Shown: positions 14,576 to 26,863 of the stretch, piece by piece | Position numbering within the stretch: the stretch's first letter is position 1 | How the letters are laid out: each line of letters begins with the position of its first letter | From: Rhynchobatus australiae | Taxonomy: Eukaryota | Direction: 5' to 3' | Length of the DNA: 57,498 bases | Assembly: GCA_034780895.1 (NCBI GenBank) | Contig: JAUZTB010000107.1 | Location: forward strand, 22,932,357 to 22,989,854 | Position numbers and translations under genes: made by a program | The notes under the pieces: model-generated | The model's input: the letters and a program-made list of their open reading frames with translations, nothing else | What the model was told of the DNA's origin: nothing | Databases searched by the model: none

Positions 14576-14859
14576 TGTTACAAACATTGATACTTCAATT
14601 CTACTGCAGTTAATTACAGATGCAACCTTTATCACTTCGGTTAATCTTATGTGAACAAAACTAGTGGCAAACTAATTTAAGTCTTTAAACAATTGCATTT
14701 ACCATTTTCTATCCAAGACTGGTTCGCAAATGGTCAACAAATAGCCCAACCTGCCTCTGTAAGTGAATGAAAAGAATGCATCAATTGGAATACAACCTTT
14801 AAATATGCCCCCCAAGCATATGGGTTTGCATTGCTCATTGTGCCCTGCTGACTATTTAA

Positions 14860-15535
14860 GAGAGCCATCAACTTGATTCCATTCTCCTACAGTTATGCAT
14901 TTTTGAATAATAAATTGTCCCAATGCCTTTCTAAAGCCACATGAATTCTGGCTCTAATTCTCCAAATGACGAACCCCCCCCGTATTAACACATTGTTATA
15001 ATTTGCTCCTTTAATTCTTTTAGAGATGGCCTTAAATCTGTGTCCTCCATTAATTGACCAACCAGCTAGTGGAAATAATTTTCCTTTATTTACCATTTTA
15101 AAAACCGATATAACTCTGTAACCTGTGCCAGATTTTCCATTAACTTGTTCTGCTCAAATGAAAAGATCCTAAGTTCTCTACCCTTCATCCATGGCTACTG
15201 CCTGATCCCTGCCATCATCTAAATGAATCATCTCTCTGCCCTTTTTGTGCCTTTGACGTAACTTCTGAAGGACACACAAAACTAAATATATTATTCCAAC
15301 CACAAGCCAATCAAATATCTCATTAGTTTAGCATTACNNNNNNNNNNNNNNNNNNNNNNNNNNNNNNNNNNNNNNNNNNNNNNNNNNNNNNNNNNNNNNN
15401 NNNNNNNNNNNNNNNNNNNNNNNNNNNNNNNNNNNNNTCATGAGTTTAGCATTACATCTTTCTGTGAGCTTCATGGCCCCATTTATAAAATCTATGATCC
15501 CATTTGCCTTTGTTATCATTTTATTAACCATTACT
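14860..15535 (-). mobile_element. Old CR1 LINE fragment
   Basis: The reverse ORF reads GKLFPLAGWSINGGHRFK, resembling the CR1 C-terminal 'LFPL...TRGH..K'; KANGIIDFI resembles 'KAN..LGFI'. Confidence 0.65.
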
Positions 15536-18474
15536 CCTTTTTTAAAAAAGTGTTGATGACTCTCTAAATCTTCCTTTTATGCTCATTTTAAAGTTTTAAT
15601 GTTTTGTACATGTTTCCTCTTCCCAGTCTTCCCCCCAAAGTATATTATCTGATGTTTCTCTTTATTCACTGATCACAGGTAATCAAAGGTAAACTTAACT
15701 AGGCACTACTGCTTATAAACCTCTGACCCCAAGAAAACAGTTTATCACTGATATATATTCTTTGTCTTTCCACCAGTTTGTTCTGCAAGTTGCCATATGT
15801 TATTCAATACCACCTGTGCATTTTATCAACAAGCTTGCTTTTCAGCTTTTTAACAAATGTCTTTGTAATTCCATATACACAACTTTTACTGCATTTCCAT
15901 TTCAGTATACTGTTAACTTCCTTAAGAATTCTATTAAATTTGAAAAATCTAAATTACCATTTGCAATGTGTGCTGGCTGTTTTTTAACTAGCTCATATCT
16001 TTACAAGTAAGTATTTACAAGCCCACGTTATGGCCTGAAGACATTTATCCTCTATCAGTACCTATAGTTGGCTCCATAACTCACGGATTTAAAATAGAAG
16101 TGTTATATTGGCAATCCTCCAAATCTCAACTACAACCTATGTTCAAGAATATTTGAAAGCTGATGGGTAAAGGCTTTGTTATTCCTGCTTTGAATCCCCT
16201 AACATTTTATGATGCACATCAAGTTAACTTAAAAGTTTATTTCATCAATTCTGAAATGTTACTCTTTGGGTTAAACAGTTAATTTCTGTTGTCTTCTATT
16301 TATAAAGCAGGGTCAATAACCATTATCCCTTTTCCATCTGACATTGCTTATTAAAATAATTGCCTTTATCTTCCTACTTTCAAAGCTGACTCACCTATTA
16401 TGAAGTGTCAAAGTGTGAATGCCCAAAGAAAGTTGATTGTTGCCCTATTGCCGTAACAGTCAGGAGCGATTTTTCATTACCTACCTGTGCACCTCTTTTA
16501 CTGGGAAACCAATCAGGCGCGATTATTCAATCCCAGAAGGAATTTAAGAATGTGCATTTCAACATTGTCATTCTGCATCTCAGGAAGCGACCCGCCACCA
16601 CTCCTTCTGCCCGAGCTCTTCCTAACTTTTGTGTCACGTCGGGGAATTCAGCGGACTTCCAAAACAGATTTCCCGGGTGTGCCCCGATGACTTGGTCATT
16701 CCATAAATTGCTGACTTGGAATAAATCACAGCGTTGACTCGTCCCTCAATTTCGGAGTGAGGATGGGTGACAAATACTTAGCCAAACATATTTAGGTTTC
16801 AGGAAAGTTGAATATCTGAATTCGGCAGTACTTTCGGAGAACGGGATCTTTCTTGCAGGCATGTGAACTGTGTCCATCTATCAGCTACCCAACACGTTGA
16901 TTTAGTTCCCGGGAAACCTATCTGTGGGTCTTGTGCTTGTAGGCTGACAGTATATACAGGATTCAATTGTTTTGTGTTTAGTTTTACCAATTATGCACAG
17001 TGCAATACACAATTGGAGTAATTGTTGCGAGGTTCTCTAGGTTTAAAAAGCGCCTTTGATTTGAAGGGATGTACATGAAGGCGATTTGTAAGCCTACGTT
17101 GTTGGCAATGAGACAGAAACTAGACAGGCCATCTGAACAGCGGAAAAAAACGCTGACATGTAAAATTTCCCAAACTCAGAGCATTGATCAACAATGTGGA
17201 GAAGTGAATGTGAGTTGGGGGAGGGGTCTTGCGGGTAAAGAGAACTGAAACAGATTGTTCACTGTTAATGTGCCACAAATTATTTTACTGCAAAGAAACC
17301 GTTTCTAATGGAGCGCTTATATTTGGAATGATGCCTTTAGCGGTCTGTTGTTAAACGTGGTGAAGTTTTCAAAACAAGACTGTCCATTATCATCAAATGG
17401 ACATTTGATAAATGTGTTCAAAGTGGAAGATTACCTCGTGAGTTTGGTAAAAGAAGTTGTTTACGCGCCGTCCACGGTACTGGACAAAAAGAGAATATCT
17501 GGCAAATTCATTTAGTAATGTCAGTGCATGTGTCATCTTTTGAGGGTCTGTCAAAGGAGGAGGTGATTTTACTAGTGGATTTTTGAAGGAAACATACTAT
17601 TAGGATAAAAACCCAAAACTGCTGGGAGTTCAGTAAACCGAATGTTCAAGTTTAGCCCAGTCGGTGTATTTTTGCCCCGTCGGTTATCCCACTCTGATAG
17701 ACAGGGTGCGTGCCCTAGAAAATGCTAACAGTCCCAAAGTAGCTATTGCAAACTGGTTTTAGAATATCTGGTTTGCATTCAAGTGGATGCCGATGGACAT
17801 TTTCAGATCAAATACAACATTTTCCCTCAGAGTGCGGCGACATCAAACTGCTAATAGAATACAACAAATGAAGCTGACAAAGTAAGCTGGAAATATTTGA
17901 ACGAAAGGCGGGCTTGGGAAGACCCAGCGAGCTCAGATTTATACCTCGGGGTATTTTAGAGCATATGGGTTTGCTTTTGACTGCCTTACTTTCGGTTAAT
18001 ACTAAATTCCAGTAAGACAAGGAGGACGGGGGGTGAGGGGGGGAGCAGTATTTTCTCATTTAAAGAGGTTTGGAAACAGATGGAGTGAATGGCGAGGGAA
18101 TCCGAGCGCGGCACCCCCTGAGCGGCTCTGCTTTGCAGCATCGGAACATGAAGAAGATGTTAACAAGGCTATCTTTCCTTCAGTGTATGTCTTCCTGTCT
18201 CCAAACCAGTGATGAAACTCTCAGACTTCACTACAAAGGACTGTGTCTTTTAAAGTGGTAGAGGCAATGCTTTAAAACTCGGGAGCGCCTCCTTGGATGG
18301 CCGAGGCAGAAAATGCCAACGCTTGGCTCCTACCTTCATTTGGATCTTCCAAAAATAGAAGAAATGACACTTCGTTCCCACTCTTCCTACCTGCTTCCCG
18401 CGCTAACCTGTCAGACGATGTTGGCGCCTTGGCCTCCAATTGATAGCAATTCAAATCAATAAGAGAAAGAATAA

Positions 18475-18530
18475 ATACAGAAAATGCTGGAAACACTCAG
18501 CAGGTCAGGCAGCATCATTGGAAAGAGAAG
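18475..18530. mobile_element. Fragment of the same Penelope-like short repeat
   Basis: acagaaaatgctggaaacactcagcaggtcaggcagcatc matches 21176-21216. Confidence 0.6.
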
Positions 18531-18759
18531 GAACCTGTTATTGAAAAACAAAATAAATCGCTGATGCTTCTCGTTAATGTTTTGAGTATTAAATCGATTA
18601 ATGTTACTATTGATAGCGACTAAAAAGAAATACGATTGGAAGCATACCGCTCCGATTGAAATAAGATTTGGGAAAGCTTTAAAAAGAAAGTATTGAATTA
18701 ATTAAAGCATTTCTGGAACCAACGCACGTTTTCACATGTCAATATACGAACAATAACAC

Positions 18760-20599
18760 ATTTCAACTATAGCAGTTTTATTTTCAACGTTGAAAATAAC
18801 TCTCCTTATAAATAGCCATTAAACATTAAGGGGTGGTATAAGGATTAAGGTTATTCGGTGAACCTTGATCAAAGTACGGTTCAATCAAACCACCAAAAGC
18901 ATACAACACATTATACTAGATTAAAGTTATCCACGGTTAAATTAATTGCGATGACATTTTTACTGGCCTGGGTTATAATCTATTTTTGCAATATTGTACT
19001 GTTATAACTAAAAAAAAAGATCCATTTAAAAATGTACAACATTTAAGACACGTCCAATGCGTAGCAATAATGAAACGGTGCCAGAAACATGAGTGCCACA
19101 TAGACAATGGTTGTCTTATTAAAAAAAGCCACCAAGTTTAGGTGCTATGCTTTCCGGGTAGGCATTTTCTGCTCTAACCCGATAATAAAACGCCTTTCGG
19201 AACAACCGTAACACAAATTATAAACCAATTCAAACCTCAAAAAATGTGCCCCAGACGATTTAATAAATGGGAATGGAGGGTGCACAAGTGCTGACTGTAA
19301 CAATTTTACAACTTATGTCAGTGCAACATTCCGATGGAACTGAATGTTCCCAAACTGCTCCCGGGGTTGAAAACCAAACATCCTACAGACAGAAGCAATG
19401 CCCACTTCGCGCGACATTTCCACCAATTAAAAGTGTTAGGTGACCACTAATACAGCAAATCCGTTAAAACGCTGAAAGGTAGACGACTCTATTCTAAATA
19501 TAACTTGTAAATAAATACAATTTAAATCGCTGATTGTAAACGTATATACAAAGCTGGAATATTAGACACCAAATAAACCTTAGTTTGCCCGTAATATATA
19601 GTTACCATCCCAGCAAGTCCTCCCGTTTTCGACCTGCAGTTATATATCTATTATTTTGGAAACTAAAATATTGCAATTAAAGATGATCAGTAACTTATTG
19701 CCCGTCTGTAAGGCAGCTCCCATTAACCGGTGACATGTTTGAAAAAGAAACTTGAAATGCACAGAAACCGGACAACCACCAGAGCAAATATTTTCCGCAA
19801 AATAAATACTTGACAAGCGATGAAGTAAACCATGCTTTTAAATATACGAAAGCGACATAAAATGGACGTTTCCATCAGATGACATGAACCCTGTAAATTT
19901 AATCTCAGACTGGCTAATGAACGACTGTCAGCGTAATTGGTTTTTTTTTTGCATGCTTCAATGCATATTCTGAAATATATCTAATAAATTGTCACTTTTA
20001 TATTTAAAAAATAATCCTCTTATCGGGCTGCTGGCGTGGCGTCGTTTTCCTCAAAGGGCGAGTTAGTTACGGGCGTTCAGTTGACATCTTTCTCCTTTAG
20101 ATCCATAGAAAAGTACGCTCAGAATTCAGCCATTGATCCTTCGAATTAGTCAATGCCAAGTATTTCATGTGGCCAGTCTGGACCATTTTACAGACGGGAT
20201 CAGCTAACAAGAGTGGCTGCCGAAGTCTCCCTCTGCCGCTCCCCACCTCTGCCCTCTCCCCAGTAAAGGAGCCGGGGGCGAGGCCGTTGTTCTGGGTGTA
20301 CTGTTGGGTCTACAACTGCCCTGCTGTTCTGGATTGATAACCCGCTAGCATCGAAGATCACTGTACGGCAAATGTCAGTTACTTCCACTTTGGTCAGACT
20401 TTATAGATGGGTCTTCAGTAGGGATAAGAGTCCATGTGCTATTTTGTTTTCTTTGGCTTGATCAATTAACTTTCAATTAGCTCAAGTATTAGATGGACTG
20501 TTTCAGCTACGGCAGAGTGCCCCTGGGTGTCTCTAGTTCTCGGGGTCCCTGTGTAGCTGTATTTTCAGGGGGCGGGGGCTGGGGGTGGAATGTGAGGTG
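18760..20599 (-). other. wnt5a: Probable wnt5a 3'UTR (~1.8 kb)
   Basis: Follows the stop codon, has no recognisable repeats, is AU-rich, and ends at an AATAAA followed by a GU-rich tract. Confidence 0.65.
18777..18782 (-). terminator. Polyadenylation signal AATAAA
   Basis: Minus strand reads gttgaaAATAAAactgctatagttgaaatgtgttattgttcgt: canonical hexamer plus a downstream GU-rich element. Confidence 0.65.
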
Positions 20600-21121
<522 letters not shown>

Positions 21122-21129
21122 TCATGAAA

Positions 21130-21263
21130 ATAAACAAAAATGACTGCAGATGCTGCAAATCTGAAGTGAAACCAGGAAATGCTGGGGGTTAAAAACTCAG
21201 CGGGTCGGGCAGCATCTGTGGAAGGAGACACTGTCAACGTTTCGGGTCCGGGGACCCTTCGTC
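21130..21263. mobile_element. Short elasmobranch interspersed repeat, probably a Penelope-like terminal fragment
   Basis: ctgcagatgctgcaaatctg...aaatgctgg...actcagcgggtcgggcagcatctgtgga...caacgtttcgggtccggggacccttcgtc. Related copies lie at 18475-18530, 39319-39432 and 55385-55440. Family name is from recall. Confidence 0.6.
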
Positions 21264-21627
21264 GTCACAACGGTTCGTTTCAGTCGCTTCGAGACCAGGG
21301 AAGTGTCCTGACTGCTCAAACCCTGGCGCCCGTGGAGTTGCCAGTTTCCCAGCCCTCCACCCTCTTCCCCCTCCCTCAGAACTAAACCTGTTGACGTCCC
21401 CGGACCTACAGACTCGGTTCACTGATTCAGCCACTCGCCCTTCTCCCCTGCCAAACTCTGGGGACGTTTCCCAATTCTAAAGGCTAAATACTCCACCCCC
21501 ATCTCATTCAGACTCTTAATCCTGCGGGCTCAACCCACAGAGAGGAATCCATACCCACCTCGAAGCCCCACAATCACCTTTCAGCCTGTCCCCCTCCACA
21601 AGGGGAGGACTCACAATAACATCCCAC
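21219..21627 (+). repeat. Arm A of an intronic inverted duplication
   Basis: Aligns along its whole length to the reverse complement of 26458-26863, with about 28 difference events by manual count. Confidence 0.95.
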
Positions 21628-22149
21628 GACCTGCACTCCCTCTTCTCCCCCATCCCCAGCCAGCAGTGGCTGCTAGTCCAACAGACACCGCCACTCCGCC
21701 TCCAGGCCCTTGTTTAGCGGCCCATTAAAAAATTCTAGCCACACATCCTTTCAGAACAATTCAAAATCTCTGGATGCAAAGGTGCGCACCATCATTGCGA
21801 CCAGTTTCGCAGCTGTACAAACACCTGGCTGACTTAAAGTCTGCTCAATATTTCGGGGTGGAAAGAAATACAAAATGGAAGCAAAATCAAATACAGAAAC
21901 AGCATTCAACTAGAAATGGCGAAAATAAGGCCATATTTTTACAGCCAATTAATGTTGGTCTTCCTGGCTAAGAAGGCATTTTTGCTTACCTTACCATGAC
22001 TCTCACATCCCAGTCCTACTGGTCACACGTGGGTGACATACCCAGAATCCTCAAAAAAAAAGTGCAAGTAAAACTTCAGAGTGCTGAATGCCAAAAGAGT
22101 CATATTGTCACATGTTTCATATGTGACCTACACGGGTGACTCTGTTTAA

Positions 22150-22830
22150 GCATTAGATAGAAGCATTAGAGAGATATTAATAGATTAACCAAATAGATGA
22201 AATCACTGGAAGATAAATTTCAATCAAGGCAAATGTGAGGTCATGAACTAAAATAAAAGAGCATTTTCTAAAAGGAATAAAATTTGAAGCAATGGATAAC
22301 CAAAAAGNNNNNNNNNNNNNNNNNNNNNNNNNNNNNNNNNNNNNNNNNNNNNNNNNNNNNNNNNNNNNNNNNNNNNNNNNNNNNNNNNNNNNNNNNNNNN
22401 NNNNNNNNNNNNNNNNNNNNNNNNNNNNNNNNNNNNNNNNNNNNNNNNNNNNNNNNNNNNNNNNNNNNNNNNNNNNNNNNNNNNNNNNNNNNNNNNNNNN
22501 NNNNNNNNNNNNNNNNNNNNNNNNNNNNNNNNNNNNNNNNNNNNNNNNNNNNNNNNNNNNNNNNNNNAGCAGAAATAACATAAGCTATTCCTTGCGTTTG
22601 AGAAGGTTAAAGGGTGATTTCATCAGAGATATTAAGGGGAACTGATAGTGTAGATAGATCAAATGATTTCTGCTGACTAGGGAGTCTAGGCCTAGGGGGC
22701 AAAATATAAAAATTAGAGCCAGGCCTTTTAAGAGTGAAATTAGGAAACACTTCTGCATGCAAAAGAGGTAGAAGTTTGGAACTCTCTTCAGCAAAGAGCA
22801 ATTGATGCTAAGTCGTTTGTCAATGGCCTG
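22150..22830 (+). mobile_element. CR1 LINE fragment spanning an N gap
   Basis: SLRLRRLKGDFI (CR1 'RRLRGDLI') followed by aggccttttaagagtgaaattaggaaacacttc...gtttggaactctct. Confidence 0.7.
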
Positions 22831-25800
22831 GATCTTCCTATTAAAATACAACAGTTACACATGGGGTGGATGTTTGGGGTGTTTGAGCAAAGGTGAAAGC
22901 TTAGATCATCTGGTCGACTCATCTCCGATCCCAGGCCAGGTGTTGAATTCCCACAAGTCTAGCACAGGAGCACAAGCTTCCAAATTTCTTCCAGCATTTG
23001 GACAAGGAATTTCCTTTTTCATTATTTAATTCAGTTAATTGCAATGTCTTTTTTATGCTTCTGAGTTTCTTGATGCATAAATAGTTTTATAATTTTAATT
23101 TTTAGATTATGAACAGTTGTGAATGTCAAAGCCAGTAAGCCTGAGGGCAGGGCTTAACTGGCTCTCAAAGCAATTCTGGAGGTGGAGCCTGTTATTTTTT
23201 GATCAAGAATGCCCTGCACTGCTCTGGGACTTACTAATCTGCTGGGAGACAGCTTCCAACAGAAAACTGTGCCTGATGACAGGTTAAAGCAGGTTTTGAA
23301 AATTATGAATTATCATCTCGGCAAAGTTGCAACTTGTTGGTCAGGAAAACATTCAAGCCAGCTTGTAAGTCTCTAATTTGGTAGATTGTTCTAACCAAAT
23401 ATATTAAGACATAGGGGAAAATAGTGAGTCAAAAGACTAAAGTCTAGATCATTGCTGACAAAACAAGATCATAAACCTCCTGTTCCTTTTGTCCCACGTT
23501 CCTAAATTGCAACACCAAACTCTGGTCGAATGCCTAATTTCTAATTCACACTTCATCATAAACATAAACTGATTGAAATTTAAGTGTAGAGTTGTTTAAT
23601 AAGATAATACTGATTTTGTGGTTTTATAAATATTTTGATTCATGTCATTATAAGTAATTGTGGCATGAGTCCTGCTCCTGAGGAAAGTGATTTTTTTTAC
23701 TGGATAAAATAATTTTCAAATCTAAATAAAATCTGTGAAAATTCTTGGCTTTATCAGTCTAAAGCTAGGTGATCAATGCATCTCTTTCTATATATTCAGT
23801 CCATAAAAACATAAAAAATCAATAATTTCTACACAGGAACAGTAATTTAAGTGTGAGGATTGCCTAAATCCACTACATCAACAGCAGTTTCAAGTACAGA
23901 TAGTTTGGAGTCTGGACAGAATCAAAGACGTACACTCCCAAAGGTCTTGAAACCAGTCTCAAGACTGTTCACCCATTTTGGATCAATAACAATGCAAGGT
24001 TTCCGACATGTTTGTGAAATTATGTGAAGTTGCATACCTGAACTTGTGTTTAGATGCATGGAACTAGTTCTATGTTAATCTCATGGTTAACTTTAATTAT
24101 TTTACTACTTTGCTGTTAAATTCACTTCCTACAGGTTATAGGAAGAACAGTGAAAAAACACAAATACATATATCAGGGAAACCAATACAGAGATGTCATT
24201 AAAGTTTCATTTTTAAAGAGCTGATTAACCAATCTGTCAGTAGCAAATTCCTAAAGGAGCTGCAATGACATTTCATCCACAGATGCACAGATTTTTAAGA
24301 TCAATAAAATACCCATTAAACGATTGTTTTTGGACAGGCAGCAGGAAAAATTATGACTGCCAGCGGATTGAATAATTAATACTGTCTGCCTCTGTGTGAA
24401 GCAGGTTTGCTCCCACTGACCCAAATGGAATTTTCTCGGTCTTTCCTTGCTAACATAAAAAGTATTTGCTATGAAAGCAATAATAGTCAAGCAGTAAATT
24501 TAAAACAATTGCATCTCCACAATTATGAATCTTTATTATAAATACTTTGCAATGTAAATAAGATGTCATTGAGGAACAATCTGCATAACAAAGTTTTCTG
24601 GTACTATTTGCTGAGAAGAGTACTCTAATGTTGTTCTGGACAACATACTTCCCATTGGAGACACAGTCAAAAGGCAAACATTTCCTGATTATAGAACCTA
24701 GATAAGCACAAACTGGTTGTCATGTTTAGCATGTCTACATTTCTTTCAAGGGTAATTTAGGTGAGGGAAATGGTACAGTGCTGTANNNNNNNNNNNNNNN
24801 NNNNNNNNNNNNNNNNNNNNNNNNNNNNNNNNNNNNNNNNNNNNNNNNNNNNNNNNNNNNNNNNNNNNNNNNNNNNNNNNNNNNNAGGTGAGGGAAATGG
24901 TACAGTGCTGTATAAATAAAACTCCTTTCAAAAGTGAAAAGAAATACGAGTTAACACTTCAACAAACAACTCTCTATTAGGAATTAGGGCCAAAAATGTT
25001 TTAAATTAATTAAATTGAATCATTTCATGGCAACAAAATTAGTATTAGTCACCAGTTACTTTGGTTTGGGAGGTACTATAAACTATAATTCTTTTGGATG
25101 GATCATATAACAAAGATATACAATAGAGTATTAGAAGTGTCACTTGAGCTGCATTACATCAATAGAAGCAGTTCAATATAACATTAGAACCAAAGTTACA
25201 CAAATTAAGAAAATAGTTAATCTCCATTCTCAGTCTTGTGTACTTCTAGATAAGTTCTGTGTATGTACCAATATATCCGATATCCGCAATGAAGGAATTC
25301 ACTGGTATGCCCAGCAGCCAAATGTGTACATTTCACTCAAAATTTTGTCTACATTATGTGAATATGGTTTAAGGTATCATCCATTAGGAAATGGAAAATA
25401 ATTAACAATTAAATAGATTTATTTTATCCAGTATTTCCTTTGAAAAAGACAATATGCCAGAAAATAGCAAGAAATTCAATTAATGGGGGAGTGAAATTAA
25501 ACAGGAATTATCTTGCTTCACCATAACACTGGATGATGATCCATGAAAACATTAGAATAATATGGTTTTCCTCATGTTGCTGCAGTTCTTTGTCCAATTT
25601 ATTCATTACTTGTATGAACCAAAATATTTCTTCCATAGACTGACCAGGCTAAGTGTCAACTGTTCCAAATTACAAAGGAAAGAACAACAGGCAACTTAAT
25701 TCTTCATTCAGTATAGAAACGATAACCAGTGATCATGGCAAGCAACACTCCAGATTCAATGCTTATGTCACAGGGTTTGATAAGACAAGATTTTATCTCT

Positions 25801-26457
25801 GTTGGTATCAGTTTGATTGGCATTTGAAAAATCTGTGGGGTTACAGCTTCTGAGACTGTAAGAAATCACTTAAACCCAAACTGAGAAGTCTGACCAACCT
25901 CCTCCCTTCATCAATTCCTAAAAAAAAACTATACTTTAATATCCTCTTATTATCAATGTTTTAGAGTATAAATAAATTCAACACATAAAATTGGCAGTTC
26001 TATTTTATGTTTAAATTATATTCAACTCTTGCACCAGATGATTTAGCTAAAAGCAGAAGTGACCCCAGTAGTATAGCTTTNNNNNNNNNNNNNNNNNNNN
26101 NNNNNNNNNNNNNNNNNNNNNNNNNNNNNNNNNNNNNNNNNNNNNNNNNNNNNNNNNNNNNNNNNNNNNNNNNNNNNNNNGTAGTATAGCTTTGCAAATC
26201 ATTGGTTATGTCTGTAATTCTTCCCCTTACCTAATGCTTAAACGTGGTTCATTTCAAAATGATATATCATTCTCAAAATGGAAAGAGAAAATTACAGCAA
26301 AAATCAAACTTAGTGAGTGGTCCAACTGCAGAAGATGAACTGCAAGTATAGGGTTGCCCAACAGGTCCAAAGAAGACAAAGGGGTGCATTTTTAAGGAAA
26401 TATATTCTGTGGAGGAGTAAATGGCGTTTGGTCTGCTTATTACATTAAACAGTGGGA

Positions 26458-26863
26458 GTGGGATGTTACTGTGAGTCCTCCCCTTGTGGAGAGGGACAGG
26501 CTGGAAGGTGATTGTGGGCTTCTAGTTGGGTATGGGTTCTTCTCTGTGGGTTGAGCCCATAGAATTAAGAGTCTGAATGAGATGGGGGTGGAGTATTTAG
26601 CCTTTAGAATTGGGAAACGTCCCCAGAATTTGGGTGGGGAGAAGGGCAAGCAGTTGAATCAGTGAACCGAGTCTGTAGGTCCGGGGACGTCAACAGGTTC
26701 AGTTCGGAGGGCAGGGGGAAGAGGGTGGAGGGCTGGGAAACTGGCAACTCCACGGGCGCCAGGGTTTGAGCAGTCCGGGCACTTCCCTGGTCTCGAAGCG
26801 ACTGAAACGAACCGTTGTGACAAAGGGTCCCTGGACCCGAAACATTGACAGTATCTCCTTCCA
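26458..26863 (-). repeat. Arm B of the intronic inverted duplication
   Basis: Reverse complement of 21219-21627. The ORF track shows the same spurious peptide (GDTVNVSGPGTL...TLAPVELPVSQPSTLFPLP) on opposite strands. Confidence 0.95.

Noticed and set aside
24759-24912. Identical 27-bp sequences flanking a 100-N gap (similar cases at about 26068-26193, 43542-43659 and 52900-53036)
   Set aside because: Typical unmerged contig overlaps from scaffolding, not TSDs or real repeats.
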